Source: Syncephalis fuscata S228 (Eukaryota; Fungi; Zoopagomycota). From it: DNA of 64,000 nucleotides. A program made the position numbers and the translations under genes. The DNA is taken from contig JAHLTZ010000001.1 of the NCBI GenBank assembly GCA_025786725.1, positions 62,001-126,000 of the forward strand, in the 5' to 3' direction. Every line of letters starts with the position of its first letter. Positions within the stretch are counted from its first letter, which is position 1. The notes beneath the pieces were generated by a model. The model was not told the DNA's origin and searched no databases. It was given only the letters and a program-made list of their open reading frames with translations. Below are positions 1 through 14,081 of this stretch, piece after piece.

Positions 1-672
1 TTTGTTTGTGTGTTTATTGCTCTTCTTTCTATGTTACTTTTCTACACTTGACAAGTAATATCGACTAGGCCGCCTAGTCGCCACATGACTTTCGGGTTTT
101 TTCCCCTGTTTGACCCATTTCGTCACAAACTACCACATGTATAGAATTGCTTTAAGTATTTTATTTGCTTTTTGATTTGCTTTCATGGAATAGATATATG
201 AAAAGATGTATCATTAATAATAATAATGATGATTATAAATACAATATTGTTGTTGTTTAATTATCATTAATTAATGTATAAACGTTCTAATTTATTCATG
301 ACTGCAACTTAAAGACAAATACAACGTTCTCATCTATTGTCAGCAATGATAGCTGCATGTTAGGCCATGTGGTGCGTCGCCATTATCTCGACGAATCGCT
401 TACCATCCTTACACATTTCTTTGCATACGTCTACTCATACTTGTACAGGTATTTGCCTGTGCTATTACTGTCGTAATGATGAGTTTTGTGAATTGTTATT
501 ATTACAACTAGTATTATTATTATTAGTACTATTACCATAACCATACAACTTCATCATCCGCTAGACCAGTTCTTGCTGTATCTCCAGAGTTGCAATCCAA
601 TAGGCGGTCGTTTGCACCTGCCTTTTTTGATATCCACGCGAACACCCTCACTCTGTTACATGTTCATTTATC

Positions 673-703
<31 letters not shown>

Positions 704-725
704 CCGTACACACACACACACACAC
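673..725. repeat. (CA)n microsatellite, interrupted
   Basis: Run of CA dinucleotides interrupted by cgcccgt, upstream of the PH-domain gene. Confidence 0.95.
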
Positions 726-1924
726 CACGCACGCATGGCCTGGTCCATGTGCCTTGTAAAGTGCTGGTAGCAGCAGCTTTTCACCCTTTAAACTGGTCGT
801 ATTTGAACTTGTTCGCCATCTCACACCGACTATTATTCTGTTATTCTCTTTCTCTCATTTCTTTTCTCTTCTATCCTATTAGCCATAGCTTTGAAATTAC
901 TCCAACTTTTCCTCTTTATTGTTGCGTTTGTTATTTTCTGTTCACCTACCGTGGTCAATCTGCGGATTTCCCCTTTCACCTAGTATCTATCTTATACACA
1001 CCTGTGAGCTTGTCTTTTATACTTTGCTTATTTACGACGTACGTTTTATAGTATTTGTGTGTGTGTGTGTGTGTGGTAAATAGGATGAAGAAGTGGGATA
1101 GAATGTGCCTATGTATCTATATATTATTAGAAAGATAGATAAATGTATATGTCATGTTATCTTCTTTGCTTCTTTGTTCATTGGTTGATCTATGACAAAT
1201 TGTCTAGATACAAGCTAATGAACTTGTGAATAAGCGGGTAATTTGAAATGTACACTTTTACCATCCATCCATCATTCTTTCTTGTTGGTGAATCACGTGC
1301 GATGATGCCATACATCATAGAAATGAATCATCGGAGCTTTAATATAGCTTCACAGTCCACTATTTGTGATGCTGTGATAATTGCTGCGGCAAATGACGAC
1401 AGCGATTATTTGTGAAAAAATATTGTAGACCGCCATCTATACAATAGATGAATGGTCTGTCAATAAACATGCACAAATGTGGTAAAAGAAAGGGATGTTG
1501 TAGTTCAAGTTGGTAAATAACGGCTTTGACCTCCTTTGGCCTATCGAGCAACTACGTACTATACTCAAAGACTGTAGTATTACATCACTCAGGGGATGTG
1601 AATACATTGATTGCACTGTCCCGTGACCTTCATGTTACAGGGGCAAATTTCCAATTGATATTGAACGTACATACACAATCTAGTCATCAATTGATTACTC
1701 ATTAATGCCACAAATATTATACATTTGTAACAAATACTAATCAATAATTATATTCTTTTGATTTAACAAATATAGGTCTTTCGTCTAATTTCTATTACAC
1801 GCGCGCACATCTATTATCGCTCGATCGTCGCTCGTGTACGTTTATTACATTATTAGCTTACTTTCTACTTACATTGAATTGAATAGCAAAACTACTCTCT
1901 CTATTATAACCTATTGTCATCATC

Positions 1925-4626
1925 ATGAGCTGTGAAAATACTCAAAACGAAACCGTTGTTGCTGACGCCGCACCAGCTGTTGAAACAACTGCTGAGACCG
2001 TTGTTGAAGCCGTTGCCGATGTAACAGTGGAGACCACTCCTGAAGTAGTTGCTCAAGAAGAAGCAGCTACTGAGGCTGAACCAGCTGCCACTACCGAGGT
2101 AGAGGCACCTAAAGAAGAATGCACTGCTGCAGCTGAGCCAGAAGCTGCAGCTCCTGCTGCTGAAGCTACTGAGACAGCTGTAGAAGCTACTGAAGTAGAG
2201 GCTGTGGCCACTGAAGAGGCTACAGCTGAAGAGACAGAAGTTGCTGCTGCTGCCGAGGAAGAAGTGGCAATCGAGGAAGTTGAGGCAGTCGTTAACGGCT
2301 ATTTGCAGAAGCGTGGTCCACGTCCACTTCGCATTTGGAACAAGCGCTACTTTGCTCTACAAGAGGAAGGTATTCCATTGGCCCAGCTTCGTTTGGTGTT
2401 CAAGAAGAACGTGAAGAAGGTTCACACGCCAGCACCACCTACTTCTAATCCACCAGCTGTACCAGAGGCTGACAAGGAGGACGAGGCCCCTAAGGAGACA
2501 CCAACAGCTGAAGATGAAGTTGTTGCCACTGAGGAAGTTGCCGAGGAAGCTCCAGCTGCTGCTGAGGAAGCTCCAGCTGCTGAGGAAGCTAAGACCGAAG
2601 AGGCAGAGGCTGCCGAAGAAGCAACAGAGACTGCTTCAACTGAAGCACCAGTTGTTGTTCAGCCAGTTGATCAATATGAAGCTGTAAATAAGACATTGTT
2701 CACTAACATTGCCCATGCTACCGCTAGCGGTTTCGGTCTACTCTTCTATTTCCGCAATGAAACCGATGGCGTTCCATCCGGTATTATCAACTTGGCCGAT
2801 GTTAAGTCGATCGAATCGGTTAAAGCCAACAAGCCACATGCATTCGCAGTTCGTACCGAAACTCGTGAAGTTGTTGTTGCTGCCCACTCGGCCAAGGAAG
2901 CCAACGGCTGGATCAAGGCCATCCAAGAGCACAAGGATACTGCTCAGGCCAAGATCGAGGAAGTGCAGCAATCCGAAACATTCAAGCAGACTTATCAGCT
3001 ACTTGTTGAACGCAAGGCTTTCGCTAAGACTGTTGTATCTACCTCGGCTGCTGCTACCACTGAAGAAGTGTTGTCCCACAGTGAATCCGAAGCTGAAGTA
3101 GCAAAGGAAGGCACTACTGAAGTTACACCACCCAGCTCCAAGCGTCGTTCATACTTTGGTGTGCTTGACTTTTTGAGCAAAAAGCCTGCTGCTGCTGCTG
3201 CCGCTGCTGCTACTGCTGTCGAAGAGGAAGCTGCCACTGTGACAGAGGAAGTGACTGCTACTGTGGAAGAAGCTGTTACTACTGTTGAAGTTACTACTAC
3301 TGAAGTAACTGAGACTGTAATAACTACCGAAGAAGTAGTTGCTGAAGAGGTGACCAAGTCGTCTTCCAAGCGTGGCTTTGGTTTTGGTGGCATTTTCAAA
3401 GCCAAGACCAAGGCTACTGATGCCGCTGAAGCTGCTACGGAAGAAGCCAGCGCTGTTGTTGCTGCTGTTGAAGACGAAGCAGCAGAGGCTACTGCCGAAG
3501 GTGAGGCCGTTGTAACTGAAGTTACCGAAACTGTTGAAGTTACTGAGGTGACCGAAGTCACTGAAACAGCTGATGCCGCCGCTGAGCAAGCTACTGCAGC
3601 TGTCGATGAAGCCACTGCTCCTCCTAAGAAGGCATTTGCTGGCGTTGGAAAGTTGTTGCGTTCAATGACCACCAAGAAGAAGGCCGAAGCTACTGAAGCT
3701 GTTACTGAGGCCAAGGCCATCACTGAAGAAGCTGTTGCCAGTGAGACTGAGGCAGTTGTTGAAACACTGAGGAAGTTGTAGCTGAAGCTACAGAACAAGG
3801 TGAAGCTGCTGTTGCCGATGCTACAGAAGTTGTAGAGACTACCACCACCACTGTTACTGATGCTGCCGGTGAAACAACAACTACAGTAACTGAAGTATTC
3901 AGCACTACTCGCGAAGGAGCTAAGCGTGTCTTTAAGACCATTTTTGGTCGCAAGCAAAGCGGCGACATCACCGCTGATGCCGAAACAGCCGCTGAAGCTA
4001 GTGAAGTTGCCGAAACCACCGAAGTGACAGCCGAGGCCACCACCGAAGCTGTAGAAGAAACTGAAGCTGCAGCCGCAGATGTTGTCGTCTCTACTGAAGA
4101 AGCTACAACAACAACAGCTGAAGTTGAAAGCACTACCGAAGCCGCAGAGTCCATTGACCGTGCACAATCTCCACTTGCTCGTGCCTTCACTGGCATTTTC
4201 CGCAAGCGCACTTCTGTCAAAAATGAAGTCGCTAAAGCTGAAGGTGCTGAAGAGACCGAGACCGTTGAGGAAGAAACCGAAACTGCTACTGCTGAAGCTA
4301 AAGTTTCATCAGAAGAGACCAAGACCGTTGAATCGGCTGCTGAAAAGAAAGTAGCACGCCGTGTTACCATCTTCGGTCGCATCACCAACTTGGTAAATAA
4401 CCTTTCGACCAAAGAAGGCGCAGCTGCTACTGTTGAAGATGCTGCCGCTCCTGCCGAAGGTGCTGCACCAGAAGTGGACACTGTCAACGGCAAATCTGAT
4501 GCTGTTGAAGAGAAGGCTGAAACTACTACCACCGAAGTGACGGAAAAGGTCATCACCACCGAAGAAGTTGTCGAGGAGATCATTGAAGAGACAATCGTTG
4601 CTTCAGAAGTGCAAGCTTCCGCTTAA
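1925..4626 (+). CDS. Glu/Ala/Thr-rich PH-domain protein (Meu6/PH_6-like), ~900 aa, apparent 1-nt frameshift at ~3765
   Basis: Split PH domain: GYLQKRGPRPLRIWNKRYFAL ... LLFYF ... PSGIINLADV ... FAV ... EANGWIKAI. ORF 1925-3781 continues in the -1 frame from 3766 (ACT GAG GAA GTT GTA GCT) with the same composition into ORF 4024-4626. Probable 5'UTR intron 1004-1775. Confidence 0.75.
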
Positions 4627-5382
4627 ACGCTCGAACAAGTACATTACGACGTGTTGACGGCTTCTTTATCATCTTGCATGCTTATTCGTATTATTGCTAT
4701 ATTCTTTTCACGCCTATCTTCCTCTGCCAGACCCCCATTGTTGGCTGGTGGCTGTCGTGTATTCCACGACATCGTCTTTCTTTATAGATTGGGCGTGCGC
4801 GATCATATAGCTTTACTTTTGGTGTCGTTTCATATTGGCAGCTGTGCTTAATGAGCTCAGCTTGCTAAAACTTATCTTCTACTTTCTCAATTACTCGATC
4901 ACTCGCTCCTTACCTCGCTCTTACACGCGTTCTATTCGTTTTAACTTTGCAGTTCTATCGCTTATCCTATATGCATACCTATGCACGCGCGCGTATATCA
5001 TTGTTTTACTGTTGTAAAGCTTCCGGTCATGGAATGCTGCGCGAACGGATGCCTATCCAGTAGGTGTTTATAAGCGTGGAACATCTTAATGTGTACTACG
5101 CCTAGTTCGTGATCCACAATAGATAGAACACATTTGTCTTTTTGTTGTTTCTTTATACAATCCTATTCATTCGCTGCTGCCTATGTGTGCATGCGTTCAG
5201 TAATCGATTTCTGCGTATTCTTTATTAATAAATAATAGTGTTATAGCGGTATTCAATTAGTTTACATGTATGTTTAACATAAAGTCTTTGAAAAAAAGTA
5301 TAATGTTGTACCTTGATGTGGTGTCTGTAATGCAAATACTACACGTACCATTACTATTACTACAATTTATAACTAATTAGTG

Positions 5383-5490
5383 TGATTTGGGGGTCAAATG
5401 ACTAAATTTAATAACATTCGCGTAGTTGAACTAGAATTTCAATCTATTGAACATGGGGACAAGTGGTGAGTTTGATTTAATCGTCACATC
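5383..5490. repeat. Dispersed repeat, copy A (copy B at 47366-47475)
   Basis: tgatttgggggtcaaatgactaaattta...attgaacatggggacaagtggtgagttt aligns by eye with 47366 tgatttggtggtcaaatgattacattta...attgagcacggggacaagtggcgagttt. Confidence 0.8.
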
Positions 5491-6446
5491 AACATCTAAT
5501 GACGCCCAATCTATTGAACATGATGATGGGTGGTGAGTGACATCAGTCATCAAATACTCGTCATCATAGATTCGTTATCCAGTATGCATATATCCACCAT
5601 TTACCTATATCATTCCCATTCTGTCCCACACTACTATGTATCATTTATACATACTAAACGCATTCTAATATTTATATGTCCCAATATACTTTACTCATTC
5701 TCCACATTGCATTATATGCAATATACTTTAACATTATTTTATATATTTTCTTACCATATATTCATCATTTTATATACTATTCTATACTCGCTTAGCCTTC
5801 CTCTATCCAAAACTGCTTTTATTTTTGTTCTAGCTTTATCATTAGTAAATGTCGACTAATGTCGGTCATTTACTCATGCATATATGCTCAATGACTTTAC
5901 TAATTTTATTCGTATACATTAACTCGTTTATTGATAGATTCATATCTAGTTATATATGGTAATAAATGTACTTTAGTTAAAACTGCTATTTGCTTGCTAA
6001 TTGTTTTATTAGTTGTAAATATTGACTTATTTTGCTCATTAAGCCAATACGCAACGTGTCATTCAATTTTTTTTAAATTTTACTTGTTTTTTATTTATAA
6101 TCCATTGTTATTTAGAAGTCAAATAGCTAAACTTGACAATATTCACTCAACTGAACATGATACCGAGTGATAGGTGACATTAGCCATTAAAATGTTGCAA
6201 CGGCATATTTAAATTTAAATTGAATTGAAACCAAGTCGTCTCAAATCATATGTGAATATAATAACAAATCACGTAATGAATTCAATAAACAAAGCTTTGC
6301 TGATTACGGTGCAGTCTGTGTTTTTAATCTCTACCAATCTATCGACGTGTATACTTGTCTTTACTTACTAGCATATGATAACCAAGCCTGTCAGACATTG
6401 CTCTATTATACTAGTTTATTCCACTTGAAGATTCTAAAAACTAGCT

Positions 6447-9400
6447 ATGGGTAGAACTACCCATCATGGCAGCGATTCCATCACTGCCCGACGTATTATT
6501 AAACGTACTACGGCATTTATGTCATTAAATGAGCCTGAAGAATCGGATGAACAGGCAGATATAGCAGTCCAGGCCAGATCAGCACTTGATCCACTGATGG
6601 ATTTGTATCAACGGGCGTTACTCTGCCAACAGCGACATCAATTAGCCAACGCAGTCCAATTCTATGAACAAGCGATGAATCTACTATTGATGCGACAAAT
6701 GAATGTTGATTCCGACCATTCAAGTTCGGGTACTGATTCGGATAGCGATACCGACTCTTCAGACGATAGCGAAGAGGAAGACGATGAAGACGAAGAGGAA
6801 GGAAGTGAACAGGAACATGATCATAACGAAGTAGCCGGTGTAGTCGATACTAGTGAAAACAACAACAATAACAGCAATATTATAAATGGAAATGAAATGA
6901 ATGTAGATTTATCAACAGCAACATCTCCACAATCATCCCATGACCTCGATCCATCCAGTATCAAAACATCGAATATTGGTAATAACACTGCAATGGATAT
7001 GACAACAGAACGAGATTTAAACTCTTTATCGCCCATTGCATCACCAGTACTCAATAACGAACAGGATCATACTATGAAAGCTATGACACCTGACGGCAAT
7101 GATACAAATAGCACGGATATAGAAGGTGAATCTGAAACTATAGTAGATACTAAACAAGTAAAATCACCTTCACCTTGTCCTTCCCAATCATCAACGTCAC
7201 CAAAGCCAAAATCACTGCCTCGATCACGTCGTTGTAGTACAACTAGTCAAAAAAACACGTCTAAAGAGGAAAAGATATCTGCGGCCACTGAACAAGCTAT
7301 AATAGTAATGGTCTAATGAATCACTCTAGTAATTGTACTAATAATTATATTATACTCGCTGTCTTGCAGATGTTTATTGATGGATCTGAAGAGTTACGTA
7401 AATCGCGTGATCAACTCTGCTTTCTTATCCTAGCAAACTTTTCTCGATTACTCGCTTTACCCAATGTTGAATGGACAAATCCACCACGCGCTCTTAATTA
7501 CTTATCAAAAGTAAGCTAATATTATCTAATATCATACATATCCTAGTTTATGCTATTAAATATGATAAATAGGCTGTTCAATTAGATGCTACCAATACGG
7601 CAGTGTGGTGTCAATTAGCAAATGTAGCACGGCAGTGTCAACAGACAGCATTAACTTTACACGCTTTTGAACAAGGCTTATTAACAAAACTTTCTATGAA
7701 ACGTGGTCATCCAAATCCATCACCACTACCATCTATTCATTCAGTAAACAGCGATAGTATAAAATATATATATTCTACTGAATCAACATCGAAAAATTGG
7801 ATAGAACAGATTACTCGATTTACGCCACAAACTTGGGAATGTTTACTTGGTTTATGCGAAGTAATTAACTAGTACTGAATAATCAATATACATCACTAAT
7901 AGATATATAACTAGCAATTATTTGAACAAGGCGATATTTACAGCTGTCAACAGTTAATTGGACCTATTCTCGAGGTCTATCCTAATATTCAAATTCGTCC
8001 TGAATTGAAACATTATATGCATAAACTGCATCAAATTAATACTGAAAAGGATAAACAGTTACGCGATTTAAATGCAACATGGATGGTTGAATCAAGCAAT
8101 CTATCTAAAAAGCTATTAGATACAGATACAGATATAAATACAGATACAGATATAGATACAAGTAATGATACTGAATAACTAGTATATAATGTAGCTAATA
8201 TAGTATTATACCAGATATATGGTCGCCAATGGCTCACACGTTAACGCGGCCCACCTGGGCAGCATTAGGCAAAGCTATCGGACAAATGATTGAAGTAACT
8301 GAACCACCGTATGTAAAATTACTACAATAATCAATATCTAAACTATTTATTGCCTATAGTGAAGGTAACAGTGACGATGACGATGACGATGACGATGAAC
8401 AGCATCCATTATTACTATCTGGTCTTTCATTTACACCACTGGTACCATTCTATCATCGAAAATTAACCATTAATCCCAAGTTTCCATCAACTATTCGATC
8501 TCCTTCGATGCAAATACAAACAACAGCCATTCTATCGATTGAAGAAAATAGCAGCAATGTCAATAGCAGTAACAATAGTCAGAATCATGCAATGGATACA
8601 GAGCTTCAATCACCTATTCATAGTAAACGTGATCGAAGTGAAGTATCAGCCGATGAAGACGAAGAAGAGGAGGAGGAGGAGGAGGAGGAAGTGAACCAAG
8701 TATCTATTAGGTAATGATTTTATATGAATAGCACTATTAAGTATAATGTTAATGAATGTTAATGAATGTTAATTATAGATCATCAAAACGTGTACGCAAT
8801 AAACTTGATCAACAAGAGCAAGAACAATTAAAGCGACGTCAGAATATGACAGTATTTGTTAAACAGGTTGAACGTGTGGTTCATACGCTTGGATGGTCAC
8901 TTATTACCAATGATACACGTACAATGAATGAAGATGAAGATAATTTTAGTATGGATGATCAATTAGGACGGCATCTTACATTATGTTCATCTTCATTATC
9001 AAATAGTGATACATTAACATTTCGGTAAGTAAATTAATTAACCATTAATTAACCTTTAATTAACTTTAATAACTATTTGATTAGATTATCGTCATCTCAA
9101 CAAATACCATCTTCATTTCCTTTAAGTACTCTACCCCCTACTATTGATCCTTTGTTTGGTGATCGACAGCTACTCTTAGAGCATATTCAATGGCTTAATA
9201 CCGTTAATTCTGGTGCATTAGATATGGGCCATTGGTTTATTATTTGTTTATTTTCTGATAATTGCCCATGCTCAATACCACACAAGTCATTGCATCAATG
9301 TCGATGGCCAGATGAATTACGCGAAATAGTGGCAAAGTTTCTGTTAAAGATTGATATTACTGTTTATATGTCGACATTATCATCATTATCTATGGATACG

Positions 9401-11202
9401 GCAATTGATTTACATGAGCAACTTAGTGTAAGTAATTATTATTATTATTATTATGTATTCAGTTAATTAATGGCATATTATCTAGTTAATATTAGGTATT
9501 GGCGAGTTTTTAATGGATGCTGCTTTATGCAATTATACTGTAGTCAAGGCTGGTGGTAAACGAGAGTCAAAGCGTAAGGCGCGTGATCGTTGGCTGGCAC
9601 GGTGTCGGCCATGGTTAAATACACTACAAAAGATAATATTCAGTCAAACGACAGCTACTTTAAAAGAATTAGATGCATCAATTGAATGTCGGTAAGTATT
9701 AGTTACTATCGTTACTAGATAGCTATTAATAATATAAATATATTAGATATAATTGGTTATGGGCCAAGTATGCGCTACTAACTGGAGATCAGACAGCTAC
9801 TGAACGGTATTTGGATGTTTGTCAGCGCTATTTATCACCTGAATTATCTTCAATCATTCTGGTCAATTGGTAATGGGCATGATTGATTAATAGTATTTAA
9901 TAACTAATTTTGAACTATTAATGAACTCTATCAGTCAATCGGGTAATATTATTAGTGTTGAAACTATTCGATTGGCACAAGAAGCATTAAAGGTCGAGGC
10001 AGTCGTGTTAAATACCATTGAATGTTATCAACAAGGCAAATATGAACAAGTAATTCAAAGACTTGCCGCTATTTGGATACCCATTGATGAGGCGGATAAA
10101 AGCGATACAGCTGTTGTAGATGAAGAAAGCCGACTATTACAAGATGCAACTGAATATATTCGTACTTTGCCAATGGATAAAAGACTTGAATTAATGTCAA
10201 TTCTTTATTCGGTAAGTGATTAATATATGTGTAAGCCATTTAGTCTAATTAACAACTAAATATTAATAGGCATGTGTTGCAAAAATGGATCAATTACGTA
10301 TTTATGCACTAGCACCTGTCTATTTAGACCAATTTGTAACGGATTTACAAAGAAATAGACAACAAACACATTCTCGTTATTCAACGTGGTCAATTATTGA
10401 TAAAGTAAGCTATTAGTAATTTATAAGCAAATATACGAGCTATAACACTAATGCGTTGTATTAGATTAATACTGTATTGGCAGATTTAATTGATCGATTT
10501 TGTAAAACAGAAGAGAAAACAGAACAGATTAAGAATTATACTCGTCAAACACAACGACTTATGCCAAGTATTCTTTATTTGTTAAAAGAAGCAATTATAT
10601 TAATGTATTATCGACCGGACACAAAGACAAGTGCCTGGACATCTCGATTACCAACACGTAATTTATTTATTGTTCTTATATGGACAGTATTTGGTCGATT
10701 AAGCCAACAAGCAAGTTTAACATTAATTGATACAACAAATCTTAAAGAAGAAGAAGAAGAAGGGGAGGAAGAGGAGGAAGAATCAAACTCTACCAGTGAT
10801 AATGAAATGACTCAAGTCAACAATGATAGTAATGATAGTGGTAGTAATAATGATAGTAACAGTAGCAATAATGAAAGCGATAAAGAAGAGCAAAAGGATA
10901 CGAAAAAACAAGAAAAGCAACCACGACAAAAGCAACGACCAATTTCATTTTTACGTCAATTATGTAATTTATTAGATTGTGTTCATGATCATTTGGGTGA
11001 ATTACGTATTTGTAGTACAGGACAAGGTAATTTACTATTATTTACTTTTATTAGATATTAATTACGATACGTAATAATAGGCCGATTTCTCAAATTCTGT
11101 ATTCAAATTCATCGACAACAAGGATTGGAAGCGAAAAAGAGTACACCATTATTGCAAAATTATCATTGTCTCTATGGTGTTCGATGGAGTGTAGGTTATT
11201 AT

Positions 11203-11234
<32 letters not shown>

Positions 11235-13818
11235 TACTGATCTAATTGATATTATATGGTATTCTAGTCGGGTTCAAAGCCTTTACAAAATCATCATGCA
11301 CATGCACTGCCATTTGACGAACAAGCAGCATCTCAAGTATTAACCATGCTTTTGCCGAGCATTATGGAGAGAATCCGTTCCAATTTACAACTACGTCCAG
11401 AAAGTACTGATGCGCTAGAAAGTATATTTGAAATATTTCCAGATCCGCCATTTCATATTGGTACATTGCTATATATTTATATTATATTTGATTTAACCAT
11501 ACTATTTATTGTTGAATATTCCAGGTGGTGTAGCGATGACTCGCGATCTAGTTCATACTTATTTAGACAAAGAGACTGAGATTGATCAAGCTATTGGATT
11601 TACAGATCCAAATCGACTATTTCCTTTGGTACAATCGTATGTTACACGCCATATACCAGGTAATTAGCCATATGTTCAAAAAGTATTGAATTTGTCACTA
11701 ATAAAACAATAGATGTCTGTCGTCAATTGTATTATGTATCCGGAAAATGTATGGAAATCTCATTAGGTGGCCGCACTAAAGTAAAGGATAACGAAGATGT
11801 TGAGGTTATGACGGAGCATTTCTTGGCACGTATACAATATTGTATAATATGTTGGTTGTAGTTTTACTGATTAGTGACTATACAATAGAACCATGTTATT
11901 ATGAATCCAGTGGATGCGGAGGCATGGCACTGCCTTGGTGTCGCCTTTCATACACATGCCGACAATCTAATGTGGAGTGCGCGTGATATTAGGGGCAAGC
12001 AGTTGAATATTATTCAATTTCAAAAGGTAAATATACTTGTCTACAAATATTACGGTATAATTAATTATATTTCTAGAAATCATTTCACTGTCAATTACAA
12101 GCAGCTCGTATGGCTTCACTATTTCGCCAAGGAATGGACGGCATTGTTAGGGTGAAGAGGGCAACGGCATTGGCTATCTGGACTGAGCTTGCCTTTCTAA
12201 TCTACGCAATGATGGCAAAGCCGCTTAATGGCAGTGCTTTGGCCCCGTTATCAGATCGGCCTACAACTCATATACAAATCACATCGGAGCCATGCTTAGC
12301 TGAATGGCAGATCAAAGCTTATCGAGTTGTTGTATACTGTCTTAACAATGCACTGGGCATTAATAAGAAAGACTGGAAGTAAGTGGATGCTTGGCAATAT
12401 CGTATTCAGCTCACTAACTAGTCTAATAACTAGACTACATTATTTATTGGGTAAATGTTTAGAAAAACTAAACTATAAACCCGATCAAATTGTGACCTGT
12501 TACGAGACAGCCGTGCGTCTCTGTCCTGAAAGACCACTGCAACATGGCCAAGAGCGTAGTTTTGATGCACATGGTAAATTATTATCCTATCTTGCTAAAC
12601 AATTTCAACAAGATCGTATAACTGTAGGTTATATAATGTAAACTACTAACTTATACTAATCTATCCATTAGGCATCTATTGTCGAACGAGCCATTGCAGT
12701 GGCTATTCCCGTTGAATCATTTGACGAGTTGCATGAACAACAGGCACAATTAGTACATCAGATTAAAAAGCGAGATAATTTAAAGAAACTTCAAGTATTG
12801 GCACGTATTACCTCGGCACTTATGTTGCTACGTGCGAAAGATCGCCGTCGCTGGCATCACAAACCAGTCTATCAAGTAGGTATCATGTTAGCTAATAGAT
12901 CAATTATATTAATATCGATATCAATGAAGTTGGCCCGATTACATTATGAGGCATTTGATGATGTTGAAGCTGCCATTAATGAGTTGCAATCGCTATTCTA
13001 TCTCAAATCGGCCACAAAATCTATTAGTAATATATGGCGAACTGAATTTGAACGGTAAGTTTATAAATCAAATATAATTAGCATTGTATATTTAGCATAC
13101 TATTTACATTAGACCAGGAAGTCATTTTGTTTATTTACAAAAATATGCCACGTTTCTTATTGTGCTATTTGAACGTGGTGGTCATTTAAATCAACTTATT
13201 GGACTGGGCCGTCGATTGCGTAAATCAACGGGTGTTTTTCTAGAACCACTAATGATTTTTACACGTACTGCACAAGCTTGCCTTGAGGTAACAGCATGAA
13301 TTATTAGATTAATTAAAGGTTATATTTATATATTTGTATATAGATTGTGCGCCACACGTCATCGTTACCGGCTATTTCAACTGCCGATTCATTGCTGTCG
13401 ACTGACACGATGACAGCTGCTGCACTACGTCAATTATCAGAGAAAATAACCGCGGCTGTACAGATTGGACAAACAGACGAGTTAATGGCACGATATGCCA
13501 ACCTGCAACACCTTGAACAAATCTATCGACTGGCACTTGGTTATGTAACAGATATTATTGCTGAATTGCGCACCACACTCGTACAATGTTTTCTTGACCT
13601 ATCAAATATCTACCCACTTCCTATGATGTAATTTCAATTAACGATCTAACCGAGCAAATGACTATTGATCCCAAACACGTATCATTTGACGATTTTGTTG
13701 AAGCAGCATTGCAACTATGTCGTCCACTACAATCAACCGCAAAGGTATGGTATTAAATATCCATTGTACTCTACTAACTAATATGATAATTTAGTCGTTG
13801 GAACCGTTAGACTCATAA
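6447..13818 (+). CDS. HIR3: Histone transcription regulator 3 (HIR complex subunit, Hir3/CABIN1 family), about 20 exons
   Basis: TPR-like exons (WCQLANVARQ..., NPVDAEAWHCLGVAF). C-terminal family motifs WHHKPVYQ and IWRTEFERPGSHFVY (spliced). Apparent 1-nt frameshift near 13623 before the last two coding segments. Confidence 0.85.
11203..11234. repeat. (GATA)n microsatellite in a HIR3 intron
   Basis: About 8 tandem GATA units. Confidence 0.95.
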
Positions 13819-14081
13819 AATATACACAACAACAAATAAATATTAAAATAAGAATGGCAAAATTCCATAATAATTAATATTAATAATATTTATGACACCA
13901 AGTAAATGGCAGTACTGTTTTATTTATAGTTATATTTACTGTAATATAGTTAGCACTAATATTACTATTTATCATTGATAAATGGAAACCAGAGTGTTCA
14001 TTTATTAAATTTAGCCCTATCTTCTTTTTCTTTCAAATCATGCACACAACAATATATATATATATTAATATCTATATAGTC

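Noticed and set aside
573-1051. ORFs with THTH runs (also 18921-19535)
   Set aside because: Translations of CA microsatellites in promoter or UTR sequence.
2995-4583. Long minus-strand ORFs (390 and 287 aa)
   Set aside because: Antisense shadows of the GAA/GCT/ACT-biased PH gene, with no independent motifs.
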